A stretch of 59,571 nt of DNA, filler included, from Catajapyx aquilonaris (GCA_000934665.2; 2 parts of 2 records of this genome joined end to end with filler, not necessarily neighbours in it); one strand, 5' to 3'; numbered from the whole stretch's first letter, positions 38,051 to 50,960 are shown. The notes: generated from the letters alone by a model not told the origin. A program made the numbers and translations.

Positions 38051-38459
38051 TAGATAGAAGTGTATACTTTATAATATAGATTGTGTATTTGGTTATGACA
38101 GGCCTTGGTTATAACCAGACTGATTTCCGAGGTCCATTGAAGTCGGTTATATCCTGATGCAATGATTGGGATTAGGCCATTGTCCTTACCATCCCATGCT
38201 GGGCAACAAAGTTGCCGTGGATGGCCACCCATGCCTCCGCCCAGGTCAAGAAACAGGCTGGCGACGTCTCCTAAAACGTCGTACTGTTTAGTGGAGTCAA
38301 AACCACGTTCCACTTGATCACTTTTCACAGACCCGTAAAGCCACAGTGCAGAACACACACCGCACAATTAGTGGGAGGGGAAAAGGGTCACAATTAAACA
38401 ACGACAGACGCGTACAATTTTACCACGCCGACGTGGACCTTCCAACTCCACGGAATGCT

Positions 38460-38950
38460 ACGATTTTCATATATTGACTGAATACATTTCAAAAACAAGA
38501 TATCCCATATCTTAACAGTTTGTGAATCCTTTAGCAATGAGATGTGCTTGCCCCTCCAGTGCCTGCTGGCGTAGTAGCTGCTCCTCCTGCAGGCGTGCCT
38601 CCTTTGCCTCCTTGAGTTTCAACTCCTTCTCCAGCCGTGCTTCTCTTGCCTCCTCCAGCTTCAACTTCCTCTCCTTGTACTGACGATGCCACTGTGCGTC
38701 ATCTTTTTCCTGCTGCCTCTTCTCCTCCCGGTACTCTTCCAACCACTCCATCAGTGGTTCCTCCCGGGCCCGCTTCCTGCGCGGGTAGGATGGAGCTGCG
38801 GGGAATTGAAATAATGTCTTATTAGTTATTCAATCAATGTGATGGCCTTTCGCACAGTACTGCAGCTTACTGGCGGAATGGTTGGCCGCGGGAGATGGGG
38901 CAGAAGATGTGGACCCCCCCGGGCGAGGCTGCAGATGAGGGTGTCGGTGA
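38460..38950 (-). pseudogene. Harbinger Myb/SANT gene 3' part; duplicate of ~48525-49000
   Basis: Near-identical to the 48.5-49.0 kb copy; charged coiled coil MEWLEEYREEKRQQEK... Confidence 0.75.
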
Positions 38951-39514
38951 AGTGCACATGACCAGGAAGCAGCAACTGGCGTCGTATGCACAGTGTCCTG
39001 AGGAGTAAAGACAGCTGAATACTGGAATGACACTAATGATGCTAAATTTTTCCCCTTTCTACAAATGAGCCAATATTAAATGGGACAACATACTAAGTGT
39101 TTACATGATTTCCCCAAATTCATCAATGACAATATTGTTCTAATAAATGCCGCGTTACCTATAACAGCAATGTGTGGATTTGGGGGTGCAACTATGGAGG
39201 CTTCCACTTCATCCGAATTTGCTGTGCTCTGCAATGTTGTGAAAGTAATTAATTTTCATTTCAGTATTTTCAAAGGGCTTATTTCCCTCCTACTAACTGA
39301 CACTGTGGTGGCGAACAAGGAAAAAGAAATCCTCATTGAAATTTGCACATAGGGCACTGCTCTTGTACTGTACGGTATTTTTCCCATTATTGATACATAC
39401 CATTTGTACGTAAGAGCCATCAATTCACGTACTCTGCTATTGCTTCTCTCTTTCCTGGCATACTCCTCCTTCAGCCATTTCCTATGTTCTTCCTGCGTCT
39501 CCTCAGTTTCCCCC

Positions 39515-39700
39515 ATGGTCGTGAACGACGTCTTTTTTTCCACAAATTCTCACTGTAACACAATCCTTCTTCCCCGGCATACAACGACTGACATCATCGC
39601 TTTCAAAGAATTCTCTTACGCTTTTCACTGTGGTGTCATCCAGTGTTTTTCCTTGGCACTGAGGAATGTCGGCTCGCTCCCTGTGCCGCAGCATCCATGA
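39515..39700 (-). pseudogene. Sola2-like DNA transposase N-terminal fragment
   Basis: VREFFESDDVSRCMPGKKDCVTV motif. Confidence 0.65.
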
Positions 39701-39994
39701 TGACCTGAACTTTCATTCTTCTTACATGATGCAGATCATGCAACAATTGAACGTACAGGACAAAGTGGGGGGACGTCTCACGTGACTCAGGTATGCGTCC
39801 TGATTGGTCACTCGCAGTACGAAATCGTGCAGACGAGTTCGCACACGTGTGTTTTTTCAACCCTGGTTAGACAAGTTCGCGACACGATTTCACGTACGAA
39901 AATATCAAATTTTCACGCACTACTATACTCGCACATGCGTTAAAAGACAAAATCGCAACGATAATTCGACTACTCGCAGATATGAGAATAGACC

Positions 39995-40363
39995 GTGACT
40001 TTTGTGGTCAAGTGCTCCGGATCCTTCTCGATAATCGGCTACAAACGGGTGTACAGTAGCCTGGGAATGCTCCCACCTGTAGCCCTGTGCCTCGTCTTGA
40101 ATGACGAAACTGTAATTTTCCGCAAAGTCTCCTTGAATAATTACTTCCGAGGCAGGTTTGGTTTCTTTAAGGGATCTCAGGTACTGCGATTTTGCCGTAA
40201 AGTGGTGGCGTGTCCATTCCACCATCTTGTCAGCCAGGTGCTCCAAAAATTCCCCGCTGCTCTCTGTGACTGTCATCAGTGTGGTTTTGTCAGTGGACAC
40301 CCATTGTTTAAATGTAACCTCTTCAACGGATAAAATGTCATCCACCAGTTCACTATCCTCCAT
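39995..40363 (-). pseudogene. Sola2-like transposase catalytic fragment
   Basis: FKQWVSTD, HHFTAKSQ, GDFAENYSFVIQDEAQGYRW..QATVHP. Confidence 0.75.
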
Positions 40364-40569
40364 GTCCAGGGCATTCTTTGCATTTTCGCATCATGCAGGC
40401 TTCCACTTCAAAGTCACAAACCGTTTTTGCCATAACATTCCACGAGAGATATGGTGTCAATTGCAGGGTGATGTGCAAACATTGACTATGGCACTCATTG
40501 GGTGCTGCGTTTGTGGCTCAACTTATGCTTTCAGAACTCGTGCTATGAGAGGTCCTTGCATTTGCACCT

Positions 40570-41625
40570 CTCTGTGAAATAGTATCGAACCCCATCATCT
40601 TTTTGAAGTGCTGATTAATATACTTGGGTTGGAAAATTCCGTCTGGAGTTGGGGTATGGTCAGGCCTTATATGACATCCTTTCTCTTGATGTCGAAGGTC
40701 TTCTCCATCACATCCGTGACATTGGCATCTCCCATTCCCATTTGAACATAATGTTTTCAAATCCTCCTTCATTTCCTTCTTGCAGTTGAGTGTGTTCTCA
40801 GAGGACAATGTCCGTGGGTGCCACTGCAGGTAGCCGTACACATCCCGCTTATTTTTCTTGGCCACGGCCTGACATTGAAATGTTCATTTAAGTATTCAAT
40901 TTATAAATCGTTTTACCTAATAGGGACAAAGAAATTTCAGTGGAATCCTATCTCACCTGTGTCTTGTTCAGTTGACTGTGGACTAGCTGAGAAGCTTCCT
41001 AGCCAAGTTCTCGATTCTGTGTTGCAGCTGCATAAGGATCAGATGGCTACCATCACCCAGGGTAGCCCCTTGGAAGCTGTCCCTGAATTTATGTGGGTAG
41101 TGTTCCACAATTTGCTGTGCAGCCTCTCGCGAAACTTTTCTGCTTGGCCTATCTCGTCTGTCCCCATACAGAGTGTCAGCAATCACTCTTAACAACCTGG
41201 AACCTTTCCTTCCTTGATAGCTTTACACCAGATTTTAGCTTGCCCATGGAAGCAGTGGACACTACATCCCACGAAATCTGACAAGCTCTTCCTGCTGACT
41301 GGATCAGATTGGGCGCATGGGTCATTTGTGTTTTTTTTGACATCACGTCTGTAATCACAAGCATAATATTACCATTTGTACTACTAATCATGCAATTGAA
41401 AATATATGTCTAAAAATTACTTTGATTATTTTCTTTCCTGACGTGATTTACTTTCCGGGTCTGAATGGGTTTCAAAAACCTAATCAAATCTTTCTCTTCC
41501 AGGAGCTTAATCGAGTCCTCATCCTCAGCTCCAAGCTCCTCGATCTTGGCAATTAGATTGGTACTCTCTTCTGCACTGATGTTTGAAAATACTTCCTGGA
41601 GTACTTTTCTCACTGCTTCCATATT
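40570..41625 (-). pseudogene. CACTA/EnSpm-associated SAM-like accessory gene fragments
   Basis: ELGAEDEDSIKLLEEKDLIRFLKPIQTRK; QQIVEHYPHKFRD..LGDG..LQHRIENLAR; DVYGYLQWHP. Confidence 0.65.
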
Positions 41626-41804
41626 TCTGCTGATGACAGGTGTCTTCCTTGGTTTGGCTGCTATGGCTGGAAGGTCAAAGTCTTAAATTTTTTTATGGTA
41701 AAGCTCGTTGTTGTTGATTATGATTATGTGGATGATATCTTACTATTGCTCTTTGTCGAGGCTTTAACATTGTCACGACACTTACATGTCATCGGGCATT
41801 AACA

Positions 41805-42250
41805 TAATGAACTTTTATCACAAATCCGTTGATATAGTGGAGCATACATCTTGCCGGATACTGAATATGCATGGAGAGGAGGATGATCTGCCATGTCACA
41901 CAGATTCACGCATCGATAAGGAGTGTTTTCCAGAGGTTGTGTCAGCTGGTGAATTCCTAAGTCTGTCACTTCACTATGAAAAGCCTCAATCACTGCAACC
42001 ACCCTTTCCTCTCCGACAATCAAGAATAGACAGATATTTCCAAAAATGTAGTCCGTATTATGCCTCTTCAATGGCAAGTACGGGTTGTTTTTTTTTGTAC
42101 TCTGTCCCCCTGTATGTAAGGTGTTCACATCCTACCACCGCCGATTGCACTCCGACATTCTCTCGAACGGCAGTTTGGACATCTTGAGGTAACAGAGTGA
42201 AGTTGTTGAAAGTTGCGGATGTAATATTGAGGTCTTTCTCTGGCAAGGCA
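41805..42250 (-). pseudogene. CACTA/EnSpm-like transposase C-terminal fragment
   Basis: LTYRGTEYKK, FGNI.., DMADHPPLHAY pattern. Confidence 0.65.
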
Positions 42251-42615
42251 TGACAAACAAAGTGCCTGTCACATCTGGTGCTTCATTGCACAAGTACTCA
42301 CAACATTGATGTAATTTCTTGCTGATCTCGCACATGATTTTAGATATGAATGTTTGCTTTCCATCCTCATGGTCCACAAGTGTCATGGGCGGATTCAGGG
42401 CGGCTTCCACCGTCTTCCGCAAAAAAGAGTCACAAAATACCCTCGTGGTTTAACACGTGTAGATATTTTCAACTGAGAAAATAAATTGTTTACAACATGT
42501 ATGCAGTTTCCACGAATTTCCATTTATTACTTTTTGGATCATTAATGGTGCAGGGATATTTTACTCTAATATTTTTACAGGGCCTACATGTAATGTATAC
42601 TATACCGTAGTACTG

Positions 42616-43348
42616 TGTCGAGTGTGGGACGGGATTATTCAGGGGCGGATCCACTGGGGATGAGACCAAGGGAGGGGACCCCGCGCAGGGAGAATGTCCT
42701 TTGATTGTCCTGGGAAAAACTCACTCCTTCAGGAGGTCTCAACGGCGCGGGCAATGTGACCCCGACAGATTGAAGTACAAAAATAGCAACATATTCACTT
42801 TATTCCCTCCTTAATCGGTTCCGCTGCTCTGTTTGGAAGAGCCCTGCTTTCGAGAAAACTCTCTCACATTAGTACGGATGTAGCTTGATCACACAGGTAC
42901 TTCCTTGCAATCTGCGCCATTAGGGGCTATGTGGCCTTCTCTCACCACCACTTGAGAGCATCTTCATAGCTTGCCAAAGGATGCTTTTCCATATACCTGA
43001 AGCTTAGGTTAAAAGAAATTGTAAGAATAACGATGGCCAATAACATGCAAACTTATATTAACTCCCCTATTAAATTCTATGATTGCACGTGACTGGCTTG
43101 TTCCAGCCTGTCTGACTCTCCAAGAAGGAAAGCACCAAATTTTTTTTCCTGGTGGTCCTTTCCTGCTGCTGTTCCCGGAGTCTGGTTCCATGGCGTCTCG
43201 TGCCTTGCTTCGGGTTTCCCTCTCCTCTGCTGTCATCAGAGTTTGAAAGTGGGTCTTCATGTTCTGGGTTTGAATCATTAAATCCCAAAGTTTTCACCCT
43301 AGGGTCCAGGGTACTTGGCAGTCCCCAGAAGGCGATTAGCTTTCGACA
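42616..43348 (-). mobile_element. Putative LTR preceded by a polypurine tract
   Basis: Minus strand reads GGAGGAGTTTAAGGA|TGTCGA...AATAAA...TCGACA. Confidence 0.5.
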
Positions 43349-43429
43349 TCCTTAAACTCCTCCATCATTTTTTTCTCCCATGTTCAATCGAGATTGTGTA
43401 ACCAGCTCGGAGTAGTGTTTTGGGTACTT

Positions 43430-43790
43430 GGGTGAATTCCAGGTGTCGTTTGAGTGAGTTTTTCCCAGCCGTCCACGGTTCACACCTGAAGGACGCATCA
43501 CAGTTAGACTCAGTACACGTGATCACTTCAGGAGGAGGGAAGAAGATCTTTATGGTGTTGCCGAAACGTTCCGGTTGCCTAGCATAGGCCATTCTTGTAG
43601 GTGCCCCTCCCCCGTCAGAAGGTGGTCCAGAATCAGGGACGGGTCCATGACATACCCCCTCCTGCATGACCACAGTAGGGTCCACCTCGGTAATAGCACC
43701 ATGTTGATCCTGCAAGCCATCATCACCCCAATTAGTCAGGGAAGGTGCCATCCGGGCCGAGCGGGAGGAGCATTGGAATGGTAGGTGTTG
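43430..43790 (-). pseudogene. Utopia/NeSL-like non-LTR retrotransposon N-terminal zinc-finger fragment
   Basis: FFPPPEVITCTESNC..F....W.....SLKRHL. Confidence 0.6.
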
Positions 43791-43794
43791 GAAG

Positions 43795-43945
43795 CTCCAT
43801 GGGGGACAGATGTGAACGCAGCATTGAGGTCAAGCCATCCTATGCACACCTCCTCACGCTGGTCAAGGGTGCGGCCAATGAGCTCATTCACTACGAAATT
43901 ATGCTCAAGGACCCCGTCATATGGCCAGCATCCTGCTGCACGCTG
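43795..43945 (-). pseudogene. Utopia/NeSL-like reverse transcriptase fragment
   Basis: PYDGVLEHNF...CIGWLDLNAAFTSVPH (cf. WLDLxNAFGSVPH). Confidence 0.85.
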
Positions 43946-43959
43946 CTGGAGTGTGATAG

Positions 43960-44475
43960 CCAGTAGTGCGTACTTTACCTCTTTTCTTTCTCGAGCCTCC
44001 CGGAGAGCCTCCGGGCGGTTGTCGAAGGGGACAGGAACATCAATGATGATGGCCGTGTCATGCCCCTGGGTGAGCAGCAGGTCCGGTGGAAGAGGGCAAC
44101 CCGGCGTCACCTGCTGATTAGCCCTTTCCACGGTGTACTTGGAACCTGCTGCTCTGGAGATCCGGTCCACGATGGTGTTGTGGCGCTTCTGGTAGCTGAC
44201 TCCATGCCTCCTCATGCAGTGCCCCAAGACGTGTGGAAGAGTCTCGAGTGTCATGCCCCTGGGTGAGCAGCAGGTCCGGGCGAAGAGGGCAACCCGGCGT
44301 CACCTGCTGATTAGCCCTCTCCATGGTGTACTTGGAACCTGCTGCTCTGGAGATCCGGTCCACGATGGTGTTGTGGCGCTTCTGGTAGCTGACTCCATGT
44401 CTCCTCATGCAGTGCCTCAAGACGTGTGGAAGAGTCTCGAGTCGTTCAGGGCACCTTCTGCAGGCCTTCGATGGA
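43960..44475 (-). pseudogene. Utopia/NeSL-like CCHC plus restriction-like endonuclease fragment with a ~190-bp tandem duplication
   Basis: CRRC...ETLPHVLxHC, RHNTIVDRI, RPDLL...IIIDV..PFDN, KEVKY. Confidence 0.9.
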
Positions 44476-44609
44476 ACATAACAATAATCACACCGGTGTG
44501 CGTCCGGATGTGAACCTGGAGGACTTACTATCTGGCAATGGGGGAATTTACAACTCGGGTCTCGGATGGCGTCATTGCAGCCTGAGTCGTCAGCGACGTT
44601 TTGCATTCA

Positions 44610-44810
44610 GTAGTGCCATAGTACTGCGAATTGCTTCTTCTTGCTCGACAAAAGTTCTCAGCATATTAAAGGTAGATTTACACCTTTCAACGTCTCTGGA
44701 GAACCCCTTTGGGCCAATGGCAGACAAATCCTGTTGTGCTGCTTTGAGCTTCTCCGAAGCTTGTGGGCTCCTTCGGAAGTGGGTGACAATATCTCTGATA
44801 GGCCTCCCTG
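44610..44810 (-). pseudogene. hAT (ZBED/Ac-like) transposase fragment
   Basis: IRDIVTHFRRSPQASEKLKAAQ...DVERCKSTFNML..FVEQEEAI (degenerate DVxTRWNST). Confidence 0.75.
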
Positions 44811-45244
44811 TTCATCCCCATCGACCAACACCAACAACTTGAACATAATAATTGGCTTAGGTTTCACTGGACCTGAGTTTTCTGAAATTATAAACGAATC
44901 AGTGGGAAGTAGCCTTATATTTTAAAGGTTAACGTTTAGCTAATGAAAATAGTACATATCTTTGGGGAGCTGTAGTCCGAAACCTATGAATGGTCTAGGC
45001 TCTAGGGTACTTGGAGGGGGGGGGGGGGNGGACAAGTCTTAAACTTATGGATGGTCTCATATGCCCATCCTGCCTTATGTCCATCCAATTAATAGACCAC
45101 AACCAGCAGCCTCCCACAGCCATATTGCTGGCTTAATCTTTCTCTGCCTCCTACAACTATAGCTCTCCTATGCAGGCTATGACTATTAGCTCTGGTATCT
45201 GACCTGTTTACCACAATAAAGGAATTACACTACAACACACTTAG

Positions 45245-45420
45245 AGAGAAAAAAAAAAAACTTTCGGTAGGAACTGATGGTGGCTGGCACACAAATATTC
45301 AAATGCCACCTTTGTTAGCTGTGGATGGATTCCTGCAACCTCCATCGCACGCCAAAATTCGATCGGATTTTGATCGATGGGAATCATGGGAGAAGATATG
45401 TACTGCTTCAGTGAGAGTGT
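45245..45420 (-). pseudogene. hAT dimerization-domain fragment
   Basis: NPIEFWR...PQLTKVAFEYLC followed by a frameshifted SVPxE-like motif. Confidence 0.8.
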
Positions 45421-46959
45421 TTCCGACTGGTTATCATCGTCAGCATGTATTGTTGCAAGATTTCGGTGGTAATGCCAAATACTCATTGTGCTGTCGGTAT
45501 CTGAGCTGTCTTCTGCAGTTTTTTGTTGTTGCTCTGTTGAGCACAGACAGAGAGTAACGGTATATTGGCGAGGAAATGTGTCTGTGTATTGTAGAAATTA
45601 ACTGCACTCTTCCTGTTATTCCAGTAGCGTCCTCAGAGATGGCTACCATCGTACGGTGATGTCTTTCCTTTAAAAATAGCGCTGCCAGCTCTTTGAAATG
45701 TCCCCTACGAAATGAATGCATCACGATCTAGGACATATTGTAGGAGGATGACCTGCTTATTTATATGAGCGGACATGTTTGGTCCTTGCGAGTCTATTTG
45801 ACTCGATTTATTTAATTGCACAATGAACATAATTATTTAGAATGAAGAAGTACAGTTGGCCACCCTGCCTTTGGAAGACTTGATTAGGCGTTACTTTTCA
45901 TTTGTGTATTTCACTGTTATATATTCTGGACGTAGGCAGCAGATGAATTGTCAACACAAACGCATCATCTTTGGAGCAACTTATGTTGTTAAGGTGTTCA
46001 GTTGCATTGCCCACTGGTGTGTTTTCTGTGATTTGAATCAACATTGTTGCATTTTGCTGTACCAATTTGTCATTGGGGATTATGCGATCTTCACTAGTGA
46101 CTCGTACTTGGATCATGCAGTTATTCAGTCATTAATCTTGCAGGGGTCCTTAGTGTTTCAATTCGGCATCTTACGTGATAAGGGAATGTCACCTAGGTAG
46201 TAGTTTCTGTGCGGCCTTCTGACACCATCAGAGTTATGTTTATCAATAAGCAAGGGATTCTTGGCTGCTGGTGTAGTCTGGGTTTAATCCATGCGCTCCC
46301 AAAAATGTGAATATTTTCAACCAATCAGGTTGGCCTTGTACAGTGAGCGAGGAATTGTTCAAAAAATCAATTTCGCTGAAATGTTATGTTCATTTTTGAT
46401 ATGTTTGTGTGTTGTTTAGCATAAGAAGTTGAAAATTTCAGTGTCCACTCAGTCGTTCCAGCCTGGACTCCACATTTGTAGGGCGAGCTCCTCGGTTGTC
46501 GCCTCGATCCTAAAAGATTTCAACATAGCGTCAATGAGACTATCCCGATGGGCATTCACGACCAGCGTATTTGCCATGTAAGTTACAGGGTATGGCATGT
46601 TGAGATCTACTTGATGCAAAATAATGTGTCATTAGTAAACGAAATATTGTTTAAATTGTACCTTCCAGAAGGTCCATAACACTGGTGTGTGACATCATTT
46701 CCTCGTGCTATGCCTTCCTTTGCGATGCGCGCTGCCAAGTGCAAGAGGACATGGCAGCATATGATATAAGATCCAATGAATGAATCTGAATCCCTTTCCA
46801 GTCAGAAACAGCTGACAAGCAGGTCGTGATTTCAGGATCATTAGTTTATTGTTATTGATTAGTAACATGTGTAAGACATCAGTTAAGGTCATTCATTAAA
46901 GTACCGCTCTTACATTGGCACAATGTACATATCCAATACATAAAGCCCTCCGTCGTCAC

Positions 46960-47170
46960 TCTATATCAGCTCTCTTGCAGTTGAAAATGTTTCAGCACTA
47001 CGCAAACGGAGGTTATGTCTTTCACAAAAGGCTGTGTTCCAATCATAGGAAAGAATTTCACCTTTGTTTTCAACAAAAGGGCTCTTCCGACCACTCTATG
47101 CACCGAGTGCAACCCCTCTCTCTTCCATATCAAGAATATACTGATACAATCGGCCTTCTTGTGTTAATAA
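46960..47170 (-). pseudogene. pogo/CENP-B-type HTH fragment
   Basis: LYQYILDMEERG...PF...DWNTAFCERHNLRLRSAE. Confidence 0.65.
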
Positions 47171-47617
47171 GTTAATTTGAAATGTTACACATGAGCTTGA
47201 CAATAATCGATCTGAACAGTTTACCAGCCGGAAATCTGCCCACCAGGTTTCCACTTGGGAAGCACTTGACTTTGTAGTTAGTAGTCCTTCTGAAGGCCTC
47301 TCTCCCAATACAGGATACATTAGGTATCTGTAGCTTTTCATTTTGTCTGAAAAAACTCGTTCAAAGTGACATATAAAATGGAAGAATGCAAGAATCCAAT
47401 CTGTTCTTGTATTGCGACGCACATCCGTCCCTGAAGTAGTGGACCTTGGCTAATTGTGGTATTTAATCTTTGAGTCTCTACAAAAGTGCCTTTTGAAAAG
47501 TGTACACACTTGCCGTTGAATGCTCTCTCCTATCGACAATCACCTATCCAATACATAAATCCCTCCGTCACTCTAGATCAACTCTATACTTAAGAACTAC
47601 TTGTCGTTTGTTTCTGA

Positions 47618-48056
47618 CAGTGATGGGGAAGATACTTTAAAAAAGTATCTAGATAAGATAATAGATACTTGGAAATATTTCCATCTAGATACTGTACCAG
47701 ATACTCGTTCAACATTGTATCTAGATAATAGATAAGATACTATTTCAGATACCGTCCATACAACTCCATATACGATATACTGACTCGCAGGCACATGCGA
47801 ATATATTTCTTTTGACTTATTTGTCATCCTCAATAACATATTATACTCTGGTTCACTGTGTTCTATGTAGGGGAATCACGTTTTCATCAGAAAAATCGCC
47901 TAAAATGTATCTGGAAAAGTATCTGGAAATGTATCTGGTGATGCCATCAGATACTCTGTGTAAAGTAGCTAGATACAAGTATAGATACACAAACTTCAAA
48001 TTATCTAGATAAGATAAAAGATACTCCTTTTGGTATCTAGATACTCCCCATCACTG
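47618..48056. mobile_element. hAT-like MITE
   Basis: TIR CAGTGATGGGGA / TCCCCATCACTG; perfect 8-bp TSD GTTTCTGA; AGATAC subterminal repeats. Confidence 0.92.
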
Positions 48057-48524
48057 GTTTCTGATGCAATAAATACTATGAGTAAAAGGTGAATGGCAAG
48101 TGACACCTGCACAGCATTCATCCAACACACATGAGTGCGAGAGATTGTTCCAAAAGCCTTCATAATTACGTGTAATGAAACAAGATTCACAATCTGCCAA
48201 TGATGACTACTTGATTAATGATTCCAGAATTATTCACACCATTTTCGGCTTTGTTATAATTGAAGCCCTAGAGAAGAACACCCTAATTCCAGTTGGAGCG
48301 ATTTCGAGAAAAACACGAAAAACTGTTTAACCACCATTCTAAGAGATGTATTCCTATGAATTTTGGTAGGTATATTCATTTTCATTCTTTGAAGTCACCT
48401 GCGAAAAGTGATCCATGCCACTGAAATAGGGACGGTGGGGAAAAATCACAAAGTCATTGTAGTTAGGGTGTTCTTGAACTCAGCCTAGTCACAGATCTCA
48501 AAAAGGGAACCAAATATGTTGATT

Positions 48525-49410
48525 TTCATCTATTAACTGAATACATTTCAAAAACAAGATATCCCATATCTTAGTGAATCCTTTAGCAATGAGACGTGCT
48601 TGCACCTCCAGTGCCTGCTGGCGTAGTCGCTGCTCCTCCTGCAGGCGTGCCTCCTTTGCCTCCTTGAGTTTCAACTCCTTCTCCAGCCGTGCTTCTCTTG
48701 CCTCCTCCAGCTTCAACTTCCTCTCCTTGTACTGACGATGCCACTGTGCGTCATCTTTTTCCTGCTGCCTCTTCTCCTCCCGGTACTCTTCCAACCACTC
48801 CATCAGTGGTTCCTCCCGGGCCCGCTTCCTGCTCGGGTAGGATGGAGTGTGGGGAATTGAAATAATGTCTTATTAGTTATTCAATCAATGTGATGGCCTT
48901 TCGCACAGTACTGCAGCTTACTGGCGGAATGGTTGGCCGCGGGAGATGGGGCAGCAGATGTGGACCCCCCGGGCGAGGCTGCAGATGAGGGTGTCGGTGA
49001 GGGTGCAGATGACCCCACTGACATATCCATGCCACCTTCATCTTCCATCCCCTCCCCCTCCCCCGATGGAACTTCCTCAATCGTCTGTAACACAATGATA
49101 TGTTTAGAGGTTTGGTCTGCAAACATGGCGTGCGAACCAATAACCTGGCATTATGCAGCTAAGCATTGAGCACTACTTTACATCAGTCATCCAACTTACA
49201 GCAGTGTCAGGGAGACCCGTCTCTTCCACCAAAGGATACCCCACAGCACTGGTGTTCCCTCCAATGATCATCACCACCCTCTCCTCCATAGGCGAGAGGG
49301 TGGGGAGATCATCAGGAGGTTCTCCAGCCCCGGTGGCATTCCTTGATGCGTTGATCACTGCCACCTTCCTCCTCACCCTCCCTTTCAGATCTGTCCATAC
49401 ATAATAACCT
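48525..49410 (-). pseudogene. PIF/Harbinger Myb/SANT accessory gene fragment with two retained introns
   Basis: WTDLKGRVRRKV...NATGAG...LSPMEERV; GT-AG intron at 49199-49085; second donor GTAAG at 48921. Confidence 0.8.
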
Positions 49411-49784
49411 GATAATATGGGTACCTAACGACATGTCAATATTTGGTTAACGATACCGGTCACCAAATTCACTTTTGGTTTGGTTTCCGAGGTCGCCTTT
49501 GGTTTCCGTCACCGTGGTCGGTGTTGCATTGGGGATTTTGTTACTGTCATTGTTGCATTTCAGTCAGGATTTCGGTATCAGAAGGGATGTGTACAATGGG
49601 TTGCCTACATTTCCAAGCACATCTCTTCCATTCATCTTTGAGTAGTGCGGGTGCAAGGGCGGGAATTGAGTATAACGAGGACGGCCCAGAGCCCCAGAGG
49701 AGGCCAAGCATTGCCACGAGCCCGGACAGGACACGGCGACACGACAAGGGTGAGGGACGTGAGGAGGGGCGGGGAGAGTGTGGA

Positions 49785-50073
49785 TACTGGAGGCCAGTGG
49801 GCTGCCTATCTTCTTTGTTTTCAGCTTGCATCTCATCCATGCTGCGATGAAGTCACCCGCAGTCAGCTGCGCGCCCTGGAGACACTTTGTGCAGATTTTT
49901 GATGGCAACAAGCTGGCCGCGATGTCTGACAAGTAATTCCACTCCGCCTCGGCCAAGAGAATTTTCTGACCACGCTTCTCTAGCTGAGCCTCCTTGACGA
50001 CGTTGGGGACGACGTCTTGCACGGCCAACAAACTCTCCACCATATCCATGCTGGAATGCCAGCGCGTCTCCAT
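49785..50073 (-). pseudogene. hAT transposase fragment
   Basis: ETRWHSSMDMVESLL...EWNYLSDIAASLLP...TKCLQ. Confidence 0.85.
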
Positions 50074-50079
50074 TTCGCA

Positions 50080-50235
50080 AAGGGAAGCATTTCTGCCAAT
50101 ACTTCATCCTCATATACTCCAGCTAGCTTGCACAAGGGTCCCAAAGAGCCTTTAGGAATGCCACCTGCAGATATCTCCTTGAACTTCTCCGGGTTCAGGT
50201 AACTTATGGACTGGAAGAGATGGACCCCCAAAGCG
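50080..50235 (-). pseudogene. Fragment of a different hAT-like transposase
   Basis: ISYLNPEKFKEI...LCKLAG....VLAEMLPFA. Confidence 0.5.
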
Positions 50236-50539
50236 CGACCTCAACTCCATGGTGCACCGGTCATAGATGGGAATCAGAACCTCGGTCTTCATGAGCCATT
50301 CAGCCTCATGAGAATTTTTATCAGCTGAAGTTCATCAGTTGAGTATTCATAAAAGGTATTGAGTAATATGTCAATAATCCAGCAGTGGTGCAGTATGCAG
50401 CATTATTGAAGTCATAAAGTGGACATGTGGCAAAGGGGTTTCTGGGAACCTTATGTTTGGCTCTGTAGGCTAGCATATCCTTCGGTGTTACAATTTGGGA
50501 GTTGGTAGGACTGCAGACTTGCTCTGGCGGTCACTGTCA

Positions 50540-50630
50540 GGAGAACGGTAATAAACCAAGAGGGGTGAACGGTTGCTTGGGTATGGTCCCAGCGGTACCC
50601 TTGCACCTCATCTTGCACTACAAATTGAGT
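50540..50630 (-). pseudogene. Second Sola2-like fragment
   Basis: FVVQDEVQGYRWDHTQATVHP, paralogous to ~40040-40120. Confidence 0.7.
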
Positions 50631-50960
50631 AATGAAAAACATATTTATGAGTGAAAAATGGAGCTAAATACAATCTAGGAAAAATGGCAGTGCAAATTAC
50701 CATCACGTCTTCTGCTTCCCAATCATGGGGGAAGTCCCGCACCTCAATTGCATTATGCACAATACATTGATGAATTGGACTAGGAGTTCTTCGCTCCTGA
50801 ACTGAAATGGAAACAACAGTTACAAATAACTGCCACCACACTTTCCCTAGGCACTGATGCAAAGGATCAGCTGACAGAATGGACATAGTGTAACAGTGGT
50901 GGAAATTAATGGATTTCCACAAGTTTCGCCACCTGGCAGAGCTTTTCCTTTATAGTCCAG

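Noticed and set aside
38512..38751. Charged coiled-coil ORF as a host gene
   Set aside because: It is the last exon of the Harbinger Myb/SANT fragment duplicated from ~48.5-49.0 kb.
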